Part shown: piece by piece, positions 43,446-54,165 of the stretch
Layout: each line of letters starts with the position of its first letter
How positions within the stretch are numbered: position 1 is the first letter of the stretch
Assembly: GCA_963719495.1 (NCBI GenBank)
Contig: CAVRCI010000002.1
Coordinates: 1-64,000 of the forward strand
From: an uncultured Verrucomicrobiae bacterium
Lineage (GTDB): Bacteria > Verrucomicrobiota > Verrucomicrobiia > Chthoniobacterales > JAATET01
DNA: 64,000 bases
Reading direction: 5' to 3'
The notes under the pieces: model-generated
The model's input: the letters and a program-made list of their open reading frames with translations, nothing else
What the model was told of the DNA's origin: nothing
The model's database searches: none
Made by a program: the position numbers and the translations under genes

Positions 43446-45195
43446 GGGTGCAGGACAAAAATCTCTGAAAAAGCATTTGAGCGAGGTATTTTTACTGCCA
43501 AAGTATATGCGTTTACATATACGTTTGATTGATGAACCCAAATACCGCACCTCGTGCCATCCTTGATCAAATCGCGGCCATCGACCGCATGGAGCGAGGA
43601 AAGCTCTCGGTGATCCGTCAAGGCCAGAGCGGATCTTACTTCAATCTCCAGCGTAGGGAGGGTGGGCGAAACGTGACCGAATACGTCCCGGCCGATCAGG
43701 TGGCCCAAGCCCAGGAGAACATTGATGCCCATCATCGCTTCCAGTCTCTTGTCGGCGAGTATGCGGACTTGATCACCGCGCAGAGCAGGCAGGATCGCAA
43801 GGCCGGGGCTAAAAAAAAACGCCCGACCCAAACATCTGCCTCGCCCAGGAAGCGGAAATCCAAGACCTGATCGCCGCGTTCCGCAGCAAAGAGCCAGCCG
43901 GAACTGCCGTCGCCGAGTTGGAAGTCCTCGTGCGCACAGCCATCTTCAAACCAGCCAACGAACTGGTGGCCATGCTCCTGCAGCAAGCCGCCGAGCGCAT
44001 TGACGCGGCCTACCTCCCCAAGCCCGGCGAACAAGCCAAGGGGCGCGAGGTTCTCATGGTCCAGGGCATGTTCGGCTCCTTCGCGCTGCTGCGCCAATAC
44101 TACTACCATCCCGGGAAAAAATGCGGCCACTTCCCGGCCGATTCGGCCCTCGGTCTGGAAGGGGCCTACACCCCCGCCCTGGCCCGGCTCATCTGCTTGG
44201 AGGGAGCGGATGAAAGCAGCTTCCAGCAGGCTTGCTTCCACCTCGCGGAAACTGGCGGCATCTCCGTCTCCGAGCGCCAGATCCAGCGTGTGGTTGGCCG
44301 CACGGGCGAGTGCGCCGTGGCGTGGCAAAAACGAGAATCGGCCCCCGGCCCCTGCGAGGCCAGGATCCTCTACGTCAGCGCGGACGCCACCGGAGTGCCC
44401 ATGCGCCGGGAAGAGCTCGCTGGCCGCAAAGGCAAAGCCCCCGACGCAAAAGCCAAAACCCGCATGGCCACGCTCGGTTGCGTCTTCACCCAGACCAAAG
44501 AAGATGACCAAGGTCGCCCCCTGCGCGACCACGACTCCACCACCTACCTCTCCGCCTTCCAGAGCCCCTCGGACTTTGGAATCAGCCTGCGTCGCGAGGC
44601 CATTCGGCGCGGCTTGTTCTCGGCCCCGGAAACCGTCCTGCTCATCGACGGAGCCCCCGGCTTGGAAAAGCTCGGGCACGATTACTTTCCGGATGCCGTC
44701 CAAATCGTGGACTTCTACCACGCCATGGAACACCTCCAGACCCTGATCGAAACCCTCTGGGGCAAAGCGGAGCAGGCCCGCAACAAGCGCCGCAGACATC
44801 ACTGGAAAAAACTCCTCGCTCACGACGGGGTCGAGCGCATCATCAAGCAGGCGCGCCAGGAAGCCCTCCTTCGCGGCAATGTGGCACAGGTGGAAACCAC
44901 TTTGGGCTACTTCGTGAACAACATCCCGCGCATGCAATACGGAACCTTCCGGGCCAGAAAATACTTCATCGGCTCCGGAGTCGTCGAAGCCGGCTGCCGC
45001 TCACTCATCGGAAAGCGATGCAAGCAATCGGGCATGTTCTGGGGCGAGCCTGGCGCGGACAAAGTCCTCGCCTTCCGCTGCATCCATGCCAGCCGCAGAA
45101 CGGACTCGTTCTGGAAATACCACCTCAACTCACGCGCCGCTGAGAACGACACGCTCCCCCTCGCCGCATGATTTGAAGAATTTTGTCCTGCACCC
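43446..45195 (+). mobile_element. ISKra4-family IS (1750 bp)
   Basis: IR GGGTGCAGGACAAAA / TTTTGTCCTGCACCC; 9-bp TSD GTGTTGTGA. Confidence 0.88.
43529..45171 (+). CDS. ISKra4 transposase (orfA 43529..43870 + orfB; A9 slippery run 43811-43819)
   Basis: ADATGVPMR, IDGA, DFYHA.EHL, IGSGVVEAGC..RCKQSGMFW. Confidence 0.85.
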
Positions 45196-45707
45196 GTGTT
45201 GTGATAGCGGTCATGGCAGGGCTTGCAAACAGCAATCAACTCAAATAAGATTTCTTCACCTACGTTTTCGTATGTTTTGTGATGTGCCTGAGTAGCGCGA
45301 CGGCTTCTGCATCCCTCGCATATTCCTTGGGAGCGTTGAATCACAAGTTCGCGTTTCGCAAGCCACTCGTCACTTTGGAGATACTCCTCATACTGAGCGT
45401 TCCAGGCTTCACGTAGCTTTCCGCGTTCATCCTCCTGAATCTGCTCAAATCGTTCTCGGAACAGAGCCCAAACTCTATCAGCGATTTCTAAATCAAAATC
45501 GGGAATTACTAAGGGATCGGCAATCTTGCTCTTCGGAATTCGATTCCCAGTCTTTGATCCGCATTTTAGACATTGATTCCAATACCATTTTTGACCGCTT
45601 TCCGTAACCTTGACGCGAATTTCCGTTAATTGATGTTCGCACAGACTCGGGCAGTCGGCCCGTCGCCTGAGTGACTCATAGTCAAGATCGAGTCTCGTGA
45701 ACTTCAT
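44907..45707 (-). CDS. HNH/zinc-finger endonuclease-like cassette protein, C-terminus replaced by ISKra4
   Basis: YEEYLQSDEW..CEGC..HHKTY..CKPCHDRYH; native tail (HNT)VFPRFFQNLLNCLR lies at 43391-43445. Confidence 0.75.
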   Translation of the reverse strand: MKFTRLDLDYESLRRRADCPSLCEHQLTEIRVKVTESGQKWYWNQCLKCGSKTGNRIPKSKIADPLVIPDFDLEIADRVWALFRERFEQIQEDERGKLREAWNAQYEEYLQSDEWLAKRELVIQRSQGICEGCRSRRATQAHHKTYENVGEEILFELIAVCKPCHDRYHNTGAGQNSSNHAARGSVSFSAARELRWYFQNESVLRLAWMQRKARTLSAPGSPQNMPDCLHRFPMSERQPASTTPEPMKYFLARKVPYCMRGMLFTK

Positions 45708-45832
45708 TTTAGGCTAACGTCAAGCTCAGCCACCCTGAGCGGGTAATCGAGCTAACCCTGAGGTGAACTGCCGGTAGCGGGTTCGAACAACCCCAGCCAG
45801 CGAAGCGGCTAGGGGTTGGCTGCAGCGCCTTG

Positions 45833-46168
45833 TTAGCCCTCAGGAGTATTTTGAATGGCTGTCTTCATCAGAGGAGTGTCTTCAATTGCGGTTCCCCATA
45901 CCATGTCGAGATCCACTCCAAAGTATTGATGTATCAATTTGTCTCGCATGCCCGCTATGTTCTTCCATGGAATGTTCGGGCGGTGGTCCCGAAAGTCCAT
46001 CGAGAGCATTTTGGTGGCTTCACCGATAATTTCAAGCTGCCGAATAATTGCATGTTGCATCATAGGTGTAGAATAAAATACCGAACGCTCAATGCCTGCC
46101 GTATAGAGTTCGATCCGTGAAATAGCGTCTAGGATATGCTGCGCATAGATTTCGTCATCACGCTCCAT
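45833..46168 (-). CDS. HEPN ribonuclease toxin (DUF86/HepT-like)
   Basis: LEIIGEA, IPWKNIAGMRDKLIHQY (RX4HXY). Confidence 0.92.
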   Translation of the reverse strand: MERDDEIYAQHILDAISRIELYTAGIERSVFYSTPMMQHAIIRQLEIIGEATKMLSMDFRDHRPNIPWKNIAGMRDKLIHQYFGVDLDMVWGTAIEDTPLMKTAIQNTPEG

Positions 46169-46445
46169 AAAGCAGAGTCATATTAGATAAAACACTATTA
46201 CGAAGGTGCTTATTCAATGAATTCCTTGTGACTAGGTCGACTGGGCGTTCGGCCAAATCGGATAGGTCTCTCTCAAGTTCGATGAACGCAAGAAGGCTCT
46301 TGGGTGTGGCGAAATCGACTAGGAGATCAATGTCGCTCTCCTCTGTGTCATCTCCTCGCGCTGTCGAACCAAAAAGAGCGACCATTGTCGCGCCTTCCGA
46401 GCGACATCGGTCGACTAGTGGAGCCAGACGTTCTTTTGCGATCAT
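46158..46445 (-). CDS. Minimal nucleotidyltransferase antitoxin (MntA-like)
   Basis: LFGSTARGD..SDIDLLV..VDLVT. Confidence 0.92.
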   Translation of the reverse strand: MIAKERLAPLVDRCRSEGATMVALFGSTARGDDTEESDIDLLVDFATPKSLLAFIELERDLSDLAERPVDLVTRNSLNKHLRNSVLSNMTLLYGA

Positions 46446-46623
46446 CCCGCAAGATTACCGAATGTGGTCTTGCGGGCGAGCATTGTTTTCATGGGGCTAA
46501 CGTCAAGCTCAGCCACCCCGAACGGGGATCCGAACTCTGAAGAAGGATGTGAACTGCCAGCCGGAAGTCAGTGCAACAGCGGCCGGTGATCGGCTAGGGG
46601 TTGGCTGCAGCGCCCTGGTCGTC

Positions 46624-46665
46624 GTGACGGGTCGCGGCGGAAGTGGCAATTAATAGCGTCCGGCA
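46624..46665 (-). repeat. Cassette family C, 3' part (split by IS and inversion)
   Basis: Continues at 55635-55394 via shared 16-mer. Confidence 0.85.
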
Positions 46666-47433
46666 TGTCGGCGACTGTTCAAAAGCGGAATTCTCGCCTG
46701 TTCAAAAGCGAACAGCGATTTTAGAGGCTGAAGTGGCCTAGAATGGGGGGCCAGACGGTTTTGGGAGGGTGTTCGACGACCCAGAAACGGCTTCCGGGAT
46801 GGTGGACGATGGTGACGCTCTTGCGCTGGGTGTTGGAGATCTCGTAGTTGGAGCCATCGAAGTCGATGGTGTGGTCATTGTTCACCCGGCGGGAGCAGCG
46901 GATTGAGAGGTGTAAGTCTAGGAGCGCGGAAGGCGGGATGGGGCGCATGCGCCCGCTGTCGCCAAGCGACTGCGCTTCCCACAGATGGAGCGGGACCTTG
47001 CCGGTGGAGCGATTGACGGTACGGTTCTGCCTGGCAATCTCCATCTGAAGAATTTCGTCGGCCTGGGGCCAAGTTTTGGCGCTGGCATGGGCGAGTAGTG
47101 TGACGAGCCGTCTCTGGAAAGTCCCGAAACGGCGCTCGATCTTACCCTTAGCTTGTGGGGTCGGTGCCACTAAGTGAGCGACGCCGAGTCCGCGGAGGGC
47201 GCGTTGGAATTCACTCTTAGGATCGCAGTGATCGCCGCTGGAACTTGGCCCGAAGAGGCTGAGGCCATCAGTGTAAACGATCTGCGGCAGGCCCCAGGTC
47301 TCGAAGGATTCGCGGAAATGTCCGAAATGGTTCCAAGTGGTATCGGATTCCACGAAGCGACCTGCTAGATTCAGGCCCGAATGGTCGTCGACGGTGAGCA
47401 GTAAAGTCTGTTTAGCGGCGGCGGGCCACCATT

Positions 47434-48742
47434 GGCTCTTCTGGGATTACAGTGGGAAAAGATCGAGCCTACCGAGGAAGAAGAGGATTCTGGTTCGGTA
47501 GTTGAGGAAGGAACGGAACCCACGGGCGGCGGACTTGAGGGATTGGATTCGTGAATTGAGAGCTTCGGTAGCCGCGTTGGTGATGCGATGGCGCAGGAAG
47601 GTGATGATGTTCTCAAAGTGGTTTTTGAGGGTTTTGGCCACCTTCTTGATGGGTTCAAGCTGGGAGCGGCGAGCCCAGCCATACCAAGCCGCGAAGAACT
47701 TGCGGGCATTGGCCTCGTAGCGGAAGTTCCAGAAGCGGCGGAGGTTTTCCTTGATGGCCCAGGCGCGAGCGCTCTTGAGATCGGAGTCACGCAGTTGAGA
47801 AAAGCGAGCAACATCCTCCTCTCTGAGATGATCGGGGTTGTAGCCGAAGAGGCGCTGGGTGCCTTTGAGGCGTTCGTCTCCCATGGCTTGCAGGCGTTTG
47901 TTTTCGGCGCGCACGACCTGGCTCACCGCTTTGTTGAGATGGGCGCTGATGTGGTAGCGGTCGTGGACCAGATCAGCCTGCGGGGCGTAGTCTGCGACGC
48001 TGGCACCAAAATGCCCGCTCATGTCGGCGGCCACGGCTTTCAAGTCCGCGGTGACATCCTCGGGCAGGCATTGCCAAAGGACTGCCGCGCTCTGCTTGTC
48101 GTTGCCGTCAGTGACTTCCAGCACCCGGCTGCCTTCCAGATCAGTCATGAGCGAAATGTAGCTCTGCCCACCGCCGAAGCTCTTTTCATCGAGTCCGGCG
48201 TAGCGCAATCCACTCAGATCGCGACGCTCAAGCCCCCGCTCGACGGCCCGTCGCATGATCCCGTGAACTTGATCCCAGCTCAGTCCCAGCAGTCGTGCCG
48301 CCGCACTCACCGTCGAGCACGCTCGGATCACTTCGATGGCAAAACGCTCGTAGAGCAGCGTAAAGCGGCTGCCCTTCCCCGCCCACGGCACCGGCACGCT
48401 TTCCACCCGCCCATCCGGTAGCCGCAGCCGCGGCACTCGCGCCGCCAGCAACGTCTCGAACCCGCACGTATCCATGTGCTTCCAGAAGCGTTCGACATGG
48501 TCGTGGCACGGAAGTCGATGCTCCCCATCCTCACTGGCCCACAACGTCCCCGGCTCATATCCGAGCCGGACCACCACCCGCTTCTCGCTCACGGCCAAGT
48601 CCACCTCTTCAACCGCCCATGGACTCTTCAATCCCAGGATCTGCGTGTAAAACTCTGTATCCTTCATCGCCCTCCTTCCTACCCGCATCCACCACCTCCG
48701 TTCAAACCCTCTTCACTTTCCCACTGTAAACCCAGAAGAGCC
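47434..48742 (-). mobile_element. ISL3-family IS copy 2
   Basis: Same IRs as copy 1; TSD CCACCATT. Confidence 0.95.
47447..48688 (-). CDS. ISL3 transposase
   Basis: 413 aa, identical to copy 1 except K to R near the C-terminus. Confidence 0.93.
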   Translation of the reverse strand: MRVGRRAMKDTEFYTQILGLKSPWAVEEVDLAVSEKRVVVRLGYEPGTLWASEDGEHRLPCHDHVERFWKHMDTCGFETLLAARVPRLRLPDGRVESVPVPWAGKGSRFTLLYERFAIEVIRACSTVSAAARLLGLSWDQVHGIMRRAVERGLERRDLSGLRYAGLDEKSFGGGQSYISLMTDLEGSRVLEVTDGNDKQSAAVLWQCLPEDVTADLKAVAADMSGHFGASVADYAPQADLVHDRYHISAHLNKAVSQVVRAENKRLQAMGDERLKGTQRLFGYNPDHLREEDVARFSQLRDSDLKSARAWAIKENLRRFWNFRYEANARKFFAAWYGWARRSQLEPIKKVAKTLKNHFENIITFLRHRITNAATEALNSRIQSLKSAARGFRSFLNYRTRILFFLGRLDLFPL

Positions 48743-49469
48743 CCACCATTGGTGGATCGAACTGTCGTGCTGCCAAAGTTCGCCGATGCGAGCGCGACGG
48801 AAGCGCCGATAAACGCGAGGCTTGCGGGTCGGCGAGGGCACCAGATGGGCGTAGCGCGCTTTGACGTGGGTCTCGACGACCGAGCGCGCCCGAACGAATC
48901 CGCAGAGTCGCTCAAGTTCGTCGGCGACTAACTGGTAATTGGGTGGGTTCTGAAGCGGCAGAAACTCTTGGAGAAAGCGTTCAACTTCGGGCGGCCAGTC
49001 GGCGCGACGAGCGCCCCCGCTGGCAGCCGGGGCGTAGGAATTACGATTTGCGAGGTAGGCCGTGCGGAGTTCATAGAGCCTGGTTTTGCCGATGCCTAAC
49101 TGGCTTGCGGCATTGCTGGCATCGAGAAGTCCTGCATTGAAATCTGCAAGTGTGCGACGGACAAAATCTGGCGGGAGACGGTGGGTAATCTGCTTCTTTT
49201 CAATCCGGGATAATCGACCAGGCGAGCGCGCAAGCCAGCGCGTTCCACAAACGCTTCACCCCAACGGCTGGTATCCTTGGGGCACTGGGGCCGGGGAGCA
49301 GGCGCGCACGCGGGAAGCGCCTCTCCGTCAGCCTCCGCTACGCTCCGGCCTCCTCCGAGGCGCTTCCCGCGTCTCCCAATACAACGCCCCAAAACCCCCA
49401 ATCCACTTTTGAACAGTCTCTCATTCCGCTTTTGAACAGTCTCCGTTCACTTTTGAACAGGCCCCGACA

Positions 49470-49727
49470 CTTTATGGTGTAGATGATGCTGGAAAAAGCC
49501 ATTTCATTCCATTCGATCAGCCGCAGTTCGAGTCGCACCAACCACTAAGAGTTACACAAGCACAGATCGTCGCCATTCATACGTCGTTTCCCAAATCATA
49601 TTTTCGGAGCTTCAGTAGCTTCTACGTCGCAGTTCCTGTTATCTTGGATGGGAACTTATGGTATATTCCATCGCAAGTAGAGTCGATATCGATGAAAGCC
49701 GAACAAGGCGCTGCAGCCAACCCCTAG
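49470..49727 (+). pseudogene. 3' half of secreted-protein cassette gene whose 5' half is 57123..57390 (-)
   Basis: Open frame LYGVDDAGKSHF..MKAEQGAAANP* continues ..FQGLQLYGVD. Confidence 0.85.
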
Positions 49728-49864
49728 CCGCTTCGCTGGCTGGGGTTGCTCGAACCCTCTACTGGCAGTTCACCTCAGGGTTGGCTTGATTGCCCGCTCA
49801 GGGTGGCTGAGCTTGACGTTAGCCATATTCTACACAATGATAACACACGTATATTACCAACACC

Positions 49865-50332
49865 ATGATCACTAAACTCCTTCTGATCTCAACGATTGCT
49901 CTCGCACTGCTCCAGCCGACACAGGCGCAGGATACCGAGAAAGCATCTTTTAATTTCGTGTATAGAACCGATCGAACTGGCGGAAACTTCCTTACGTTGA
50001 GCGCCCGGCAATCTATTACTGTATCAGGAAAGTTACGCTTTCGCAAATCCCGCGCGGATTCAGGAATCTACAAGTTCGAAGGACGCGTGCTATCGTCCCG
50101 TCTAGATGCAATGGGCAATACTCGATTCCGAGTCATACTTTCGGACGGCAATGGCCTAAAACTTAAGGGAACGGCATGGCAGGAGCTCCGCTTGGTTGGG
50201 TCTGAAGATTTCGTAATTGGAGGAGAGTATTTCAACCTATTTAAAGGCCGAACAAACGAACCGAGACTTTTTAATCAGAGGGCGAAGCGGCTTGATCTTG
50301 AACACAAGGCAGGAACTGTGTTTTTCGATTAG
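49865..50332 (+). CDS. Cassette secreted hypothetical protein
   Basis: Signal peptide ending TQA; ORF fills cassette. Confidence 0.75.
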   Translation: MITKLLLISTIALALLQPTQAQDTEKASFNFVYRTDRTGGNFLTLSARQSITVSGKLRFRKSRADSGIYKFEGRVLSSRLDAMGNTRFRVILSDGNGLKLKGTAWQELRLVGSEDFVIGGEYFNLFKGRTNEPRLFNQRAKRLDLEHKAGTVFFD

Positions 50333-50468
50333 AATCAATGCGGCTAACAAGGCGCTGCAGCCAACCCCTAGCCGCTTCGCTGGCTGGGGTTGCTCGGTCC
50401 CGCTACCGGCAGCTCACCTCAGGGTTGGCTCGGCCACCCGCTCAGGGTGGCTGAGCTTGACGGTCGCC

Positions 50469-50848
50469 TTATACAAAAAATAACGATTTAGTTCGGTTTA
50501 GGAACGCTCGCTTTCGATTCGATCGGGCGACTGAGCCGAGGGAATTCGACTGGATGCCCCTTTCCCCTTCCATCCGCCGACTCCCCTCGTCACAGACGCC
50601 CTCTTCCACCTCTCCGATCTCACTTCGCCGTTCCGGGTCTCGCCGCTCCACCCGCAGAGCCGGGTCGAGCTTGCGCCTCCGCGACTTCGCTGATTGATCT
50701 GTTTCGATTACATTTTCACCATCACGAGGAAATATTGCCACGACCAGTCTGGCTCGAGCCTCGGTCCATGTGGTTGAATTGTTCCTGACTTCCACGGTTT
50801 CGCCCCTGTCGGATGCTACGGTCGGCCATCTTGTCCACGAGCCGTCCC
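50469..50848 (+). repeat. Diverged family-C-like gene-less cassette (380 bp)
   Basis: GGTCGCC/GACGACC core and TTTTCACCATCACGAGGAAATAT block. Confidence 0.7.
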
Positions 50849-51018
50849 GACGACCAGAGCGCTGCAGCCAACCCCTAGCCGTCACCCGGCGCTCTTGTTC
50901 TGACTTCCGTCCAGTCCATCACATCAAGCTCAGAATTTGGTCCCCCGTTCGGGGTGGCTGAGCTTGGCGTTAGGCGATACAGAATTGCGCGAAGCTGAAT
51001 ATCCGATACACTCCTTTC

Positions 51019-51237
51019 ATGATCGCAATAGATGAAATACAGCAAATGCCTCTGCACGAAAAACTTGTGGTTATGGAAGCAATATGGTCAAACATATCCC
51101 AAGTTGAGGCTTCAATCGACGTTCCCCAATGGCACAAGGACTTGCTTGACGAACGGGAAGCGTTGATTTCGGGAGGCAAGGCACAGTTCATTGATTGGGA
51201 CGACGCCAAAAAACAGATTGAGGCCGCTACTCGATGA
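51019..51237 (+). CDS. Addiction-module antitoxin
   Basis: EKLVVMEAIW..PQWHKDLLDER..FIDWDDAK. Confidence 0.85.
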   Translation: MIAIDEIQQMPLHEKLVVMEAIWSNISQVEASIDVPQWHKDLLDEREALISGGKAQFIDWDDAKKQIEAATR

Positions 51238-51533
51238 AGCTGCAGATTCTCGACCTCGCGCGCAACGATCTCATTGATGGCTATCACTATTACGAAGACA
51301 AAGAAGATGGACTTGGGTCTTACTTCCTGACAAACCTCTATTCAGACATCGAGACACTCAAGGTATTCGGTGGGATTCATTCAAAGCCTCATAAGGATTT
51401 TCATCGAGCACTCTCTAAGCGCTTCCCTTTTGCAATCTATTATACGGTGGCCGACAGCACAGTTCAGATCAGGGCCGTGATTGATTGTAGACGAAAGCCA
51501 ACTTGGATTCGAAAGCACTTGAGGAACGCCTAA
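51234..51533 (+). CDS. parE: ParE/RelE family toxin
   Basis: ARNDL..YE..GLGSYF..RFPFAIYY..DCRRKP.W. Confidence 0.88.
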   Translation: MKLQILDLARNDLIDGYHYYEDKEDGLGSYFLTNLYSDIETLKVFGGIHSKPHKDFHRALSKRFPFAIYYTVADSTVQIRAVIDCRRKPTWIRKHLRNA

Positions 51534-51654
51534 CAAGGCGCTGCAGCCAACCCCTAGCCGCTTCGCTGGCTGGGGTTGCTCGAACCCGCAAGTGGCAGCT
51601 CACCTCAGGGTTGGCTCGATTGCTAGCTCAGGGTGGCTGAGCTTGACGTTCGCC

Positions 51655-51990
51655 TGATTTATTGGAGTTAAGATCAAGGGAAAGTTCAGAGTTGCTCGAT
51701 TCCCTTTGGCATACGATTGAGCACGATTCTGGTTTTTCATTGATCACTCCCGATTCGGCCCCAAGAATTATTCGCCTGCCATGCACGCTTGGGGCGCTCA
51801 CGCGGCCTGAGTAGATCCATCCAGAATCCGTTCCGCCCTTCTCGTGTCACGAGCAATATATTTATAATGCGAAGTCAATCTGGACCACAGAAGCCTCTTC
51901 TACTGAATGCTCTAACGAAGCCGCTTGCTGGATTTGACCATCGTCGGCCTGTCGGACGCTCTGGTCCTCCATTGTGCAGTCACCGTTTCC
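51655..51990 (+). repeat. Gene-less cassette family A
   Basis: One of 8 copies. Confidence 0.9.
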
Positions 51991-52126
51991 GACGAACAAG
52001 GCGCTGCAGCCAACCCCTAGCCGACCAGAGGCAAGCCTTGGCCGACCGATCCCCTTCCGGCAAACACCTTGCCTAGACGTTCGTTGCCCCGCTCAGGGTG
52101 GCTGAGCTTGACGTTAGCTGATTACA

Positions 52127-52942
52127 ATGCCTCAGGTCGTAAGCCAAAATGGAGTTCGGTTAAATTCCGACTACAAGCTCGGAGAGATTCAGGGCATCTG
52201 CGGCCTGATCCTCGAATCGTGGGTTCCCTCGGACCGCAACGCGGATTACAATCGTGCACTTGACACCCTGATCGAAAGACTTGCAATTTATGGACTCGAG
52301 GAGATTTCAGTGAATGTGATATCCCGGGATTTAATGAGCAAGTTTCCTGTTTTTTCGGATCGATCGCTCAAGGTTCGGGATTCGACTGCCATTTCGATCT
52401 CGACGGTCGACATTAAGGATCAAAGACTTCGGATCGGACGATTGCAGGCTGAAATGAAGGTCGATCCGGATGTTCGAGGCGGAAACAGGACTAAACGCAT
52501 ATTACTTTACAACCACGCGATTGACGCCACATCTTGGGAACGCATTGCAGAAGGCTTTTCCCCTGATTCCAAACAAGATCGGATTGATCGTCGCGTAGAA
52601 TATGGTGATGCACTTCCCACTGGTAATGTATCTCCCACTCGCACCCGTCACAGCACAGTGACTGTCGACCGAGATCCTTTTGTTCGCTCTTGGATTCTCC
52701 ATAATGCGAGCGGTGTTTGCGAACTCTGTGGTTTTACAGCGCCGTTCTTTAATGATGCTGGCCTCCCATTCCTCGAGGTTCACCACGTTTTTCCGCTCGC
52801 CGCCGGCGGACCTGACACCGTCGACAACGCTGTCGCGTTGTGCCCGAACTGCCATAGAGAATTACATCACGGAGTTGATCGGACTGCCAAGACCGCAGAC
52901 CTTATTCGATTGATTGGTCGGTTGGATTCAATACACAGCTAA
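52127..52942 (+). CDS. HNH endonuclease (McrA-like C-terminus)
   Basis: RDPFVR..CELC..PFLEVHHV..GGPDTVDNAVALCPNCHRELH. Confidence 0.9.
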   Translation: MPQVVSQNGVRLNSDYKLGEIQGICGLILESWVPSDRNADYNRALDTLIERLAIYGLEEISVNVISRDLMSKFPVFSDRSLKVRDSTAISISTVDIKDQRLRIGRLQAEMKVDPDVRGGNRTKRILLYNHAIDATSWERIAEGFSPDSKQDRIDRRVEYGDALPTGNVSPTRTRHSTVTVDRDPFVRSWILHNASGVCELCGFTAPFFNDAGLPFLEVHHVFPLAAGGPDTVDNAVALCPNCHRELHHGVDRTAKTADLIRLIGRLDSIHS

Positions 52943-53063
52943 CAAGGCGCTGCAGCCAACCCCTAGCCGCTTCGCTGGCTGGGGTTGCTCGGACCCGCCT
53001 CCGGCAGCTCACCTAGGGGTTGGCTCAGTCGCCCGCTCAGGGTGGCTGAGCTTGACGGTCGCC

Positions 53064-53331
53064 TAATATATCTGTTTTGAACGCCCGGTTTACGACCTTC
53101 AGATCTTATTCGTCCGAGTATCGTTCTCATCATCTCCTCATCGTTCCGCGTCCCTCTGCTTTGCTGGTAATCTCGTTTGTCTGTCTTTTTTGCCACGCTT
53201 TCGCCATCACGAGGAGATATGTGCATGCCATCAGTGACTCGGACCTCTTGCAGCAAATCACCCCCTTCCCAACTTCCTTATCTTGTTCCTGCCGGACGCT
53301 ATCGATTGCCACTTCCGCTGCGACCCGTCCC
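53064..53331 (+). repeat. Cassette family C (268 bp)
   Basis: GGTCGCC/GACGACC core. Confidence 0.88.
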
Positions 53332-53467
53332 GACGACCAGGGCGCTGCAGCCAACCCCTAGCCGATCACCGGCCGCTGTTGCACTGACTTCCGGGTGGCA
53401 GTTTACATCCTTCTTCAGAGTTCGGATCCCCGTTCGGGGTGGCTGAGCTTGGCGTTCGGCAAATGAT

Positions 53468-53986
53468 ATGAAACGACCATTCGTTACAAATGCCACTTAT
53501 CTGGAAAGACCTTTTTTCGTGCGCCAAGTCGAGAGTCATCTCTTTTTTGGTCCGGTATCTCGTTTTTTCGATTTGGCGTATCTCGTTTTCGCCGTTGCAG
53601 CCGGAAGTCTAGTCTATTTCCTTTTTCTCACTGAGAAATCAATCTTTCAGTATATTTCAAGTTTAGCGGACAAACTCGTGTTTCTAGCTGTCCCATTTGT
53701 CATGCTCGGTTTGACGCGTCGCCAACAAGCAGTTCTAGGTTGGATATCAGTAAAAGTTTCGTTTGCGATCGCCGCGTTAATCATGGCTACGGTCGGCAGT
53801 ATAACGAGCTTTTCCAAAAATCAAACTGACGCACTACCCAATCTGTTTCTTGGATTGATTTGGATCCCATGGATAGAGTTTATCCCTTCCGTCACATCGT
53901 CACAGTGGCTTGTTACTAGTAGTCGGTTTATCCTTTCACTCCCATGCGTCTATTTCGGGATTCAAAGCGGCTATTGGCATTGGTAA
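53468..53986 (+). CDS. Cassette multi-pass membrane protein
   Basis: About 5 hydrophobic segments; ORF fills cassette. Confidence 0.7.
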   Translation: MKRPFVTNATYLERPFFVRQVESHLFFGPVSRFFDLAYLVFAVAAGSLVYFLFLTEKSIFQYISSLADKLVFLAVPFVMLGLTRRQQAVLGWISVKVSFAIAALIMATVGSITSFSKNQTDALPNLFLGLIWIPWIEFIPSVTSSQWLVTSSRFILSLPCVYFGIQSGYWHW

Positions 53987-54165
53987 ATACATGCCGAACA
54001 GGGCGCTGCAGCCAACCCCTAGCCGCTTCGCTGGCTGGGGTTGCTCGAACCCGCTATCGGCAGTTCACCTCAGGGTTGGCCCGGTTGCCCGTTCAGGGTG
54101 GCTGAGCTTGACGTTCGGTCATAAAGAGTTCGATTCGCACGGTTTGTCTTGCTGTAATCCAGTAA

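Larger units (their letters stand above)
27017..46665 (-). repeat. Integron cassette array, left segment: 25 attC sites
   Basis: attC = R'' (e.g. GCCGAAC)-AAGGC-GCTGCAGCCAACCC..GGGTGGCTGAGC-TTGAC-R' (e.g. GTTCGGC) on minus strand at 27017-27049 (partial), 27416-27542, 29200-29229 (partial), 29812-29937, 30571-30697, 31337-32679 (split by IS630), 33146-33272, 35190-35314, 35584-35709, 35980-36108, 36445-36571, 37151-37279, 37616-37745, 38014-38140, 38719-38845, 39395-39521, 39791-39918, 40615-40743, 41082-41210, 41547-41673, 42113-42241, 42578-42701, 43258-43383, 45712-45838, 46495-46623. Confidence 0.95.
46666..49469 (-). mobile_element. IS1202-family (IS481-related) IS copy 1, interrupted by ISL3
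   Basis: TGT..ACA ends with repeated CTGTTCAAAAG boxes; transposase split at 47434. Confidence 0.88.

Noticed and set aside
51655..51990. Structured ncRNA call for family A
   Set aside because: Candidate stems (AAGGGAA/TTCCCTT, GCCCCAAG/CTTGGGGC) are not compensated in other copies by eye; needs a covariation test
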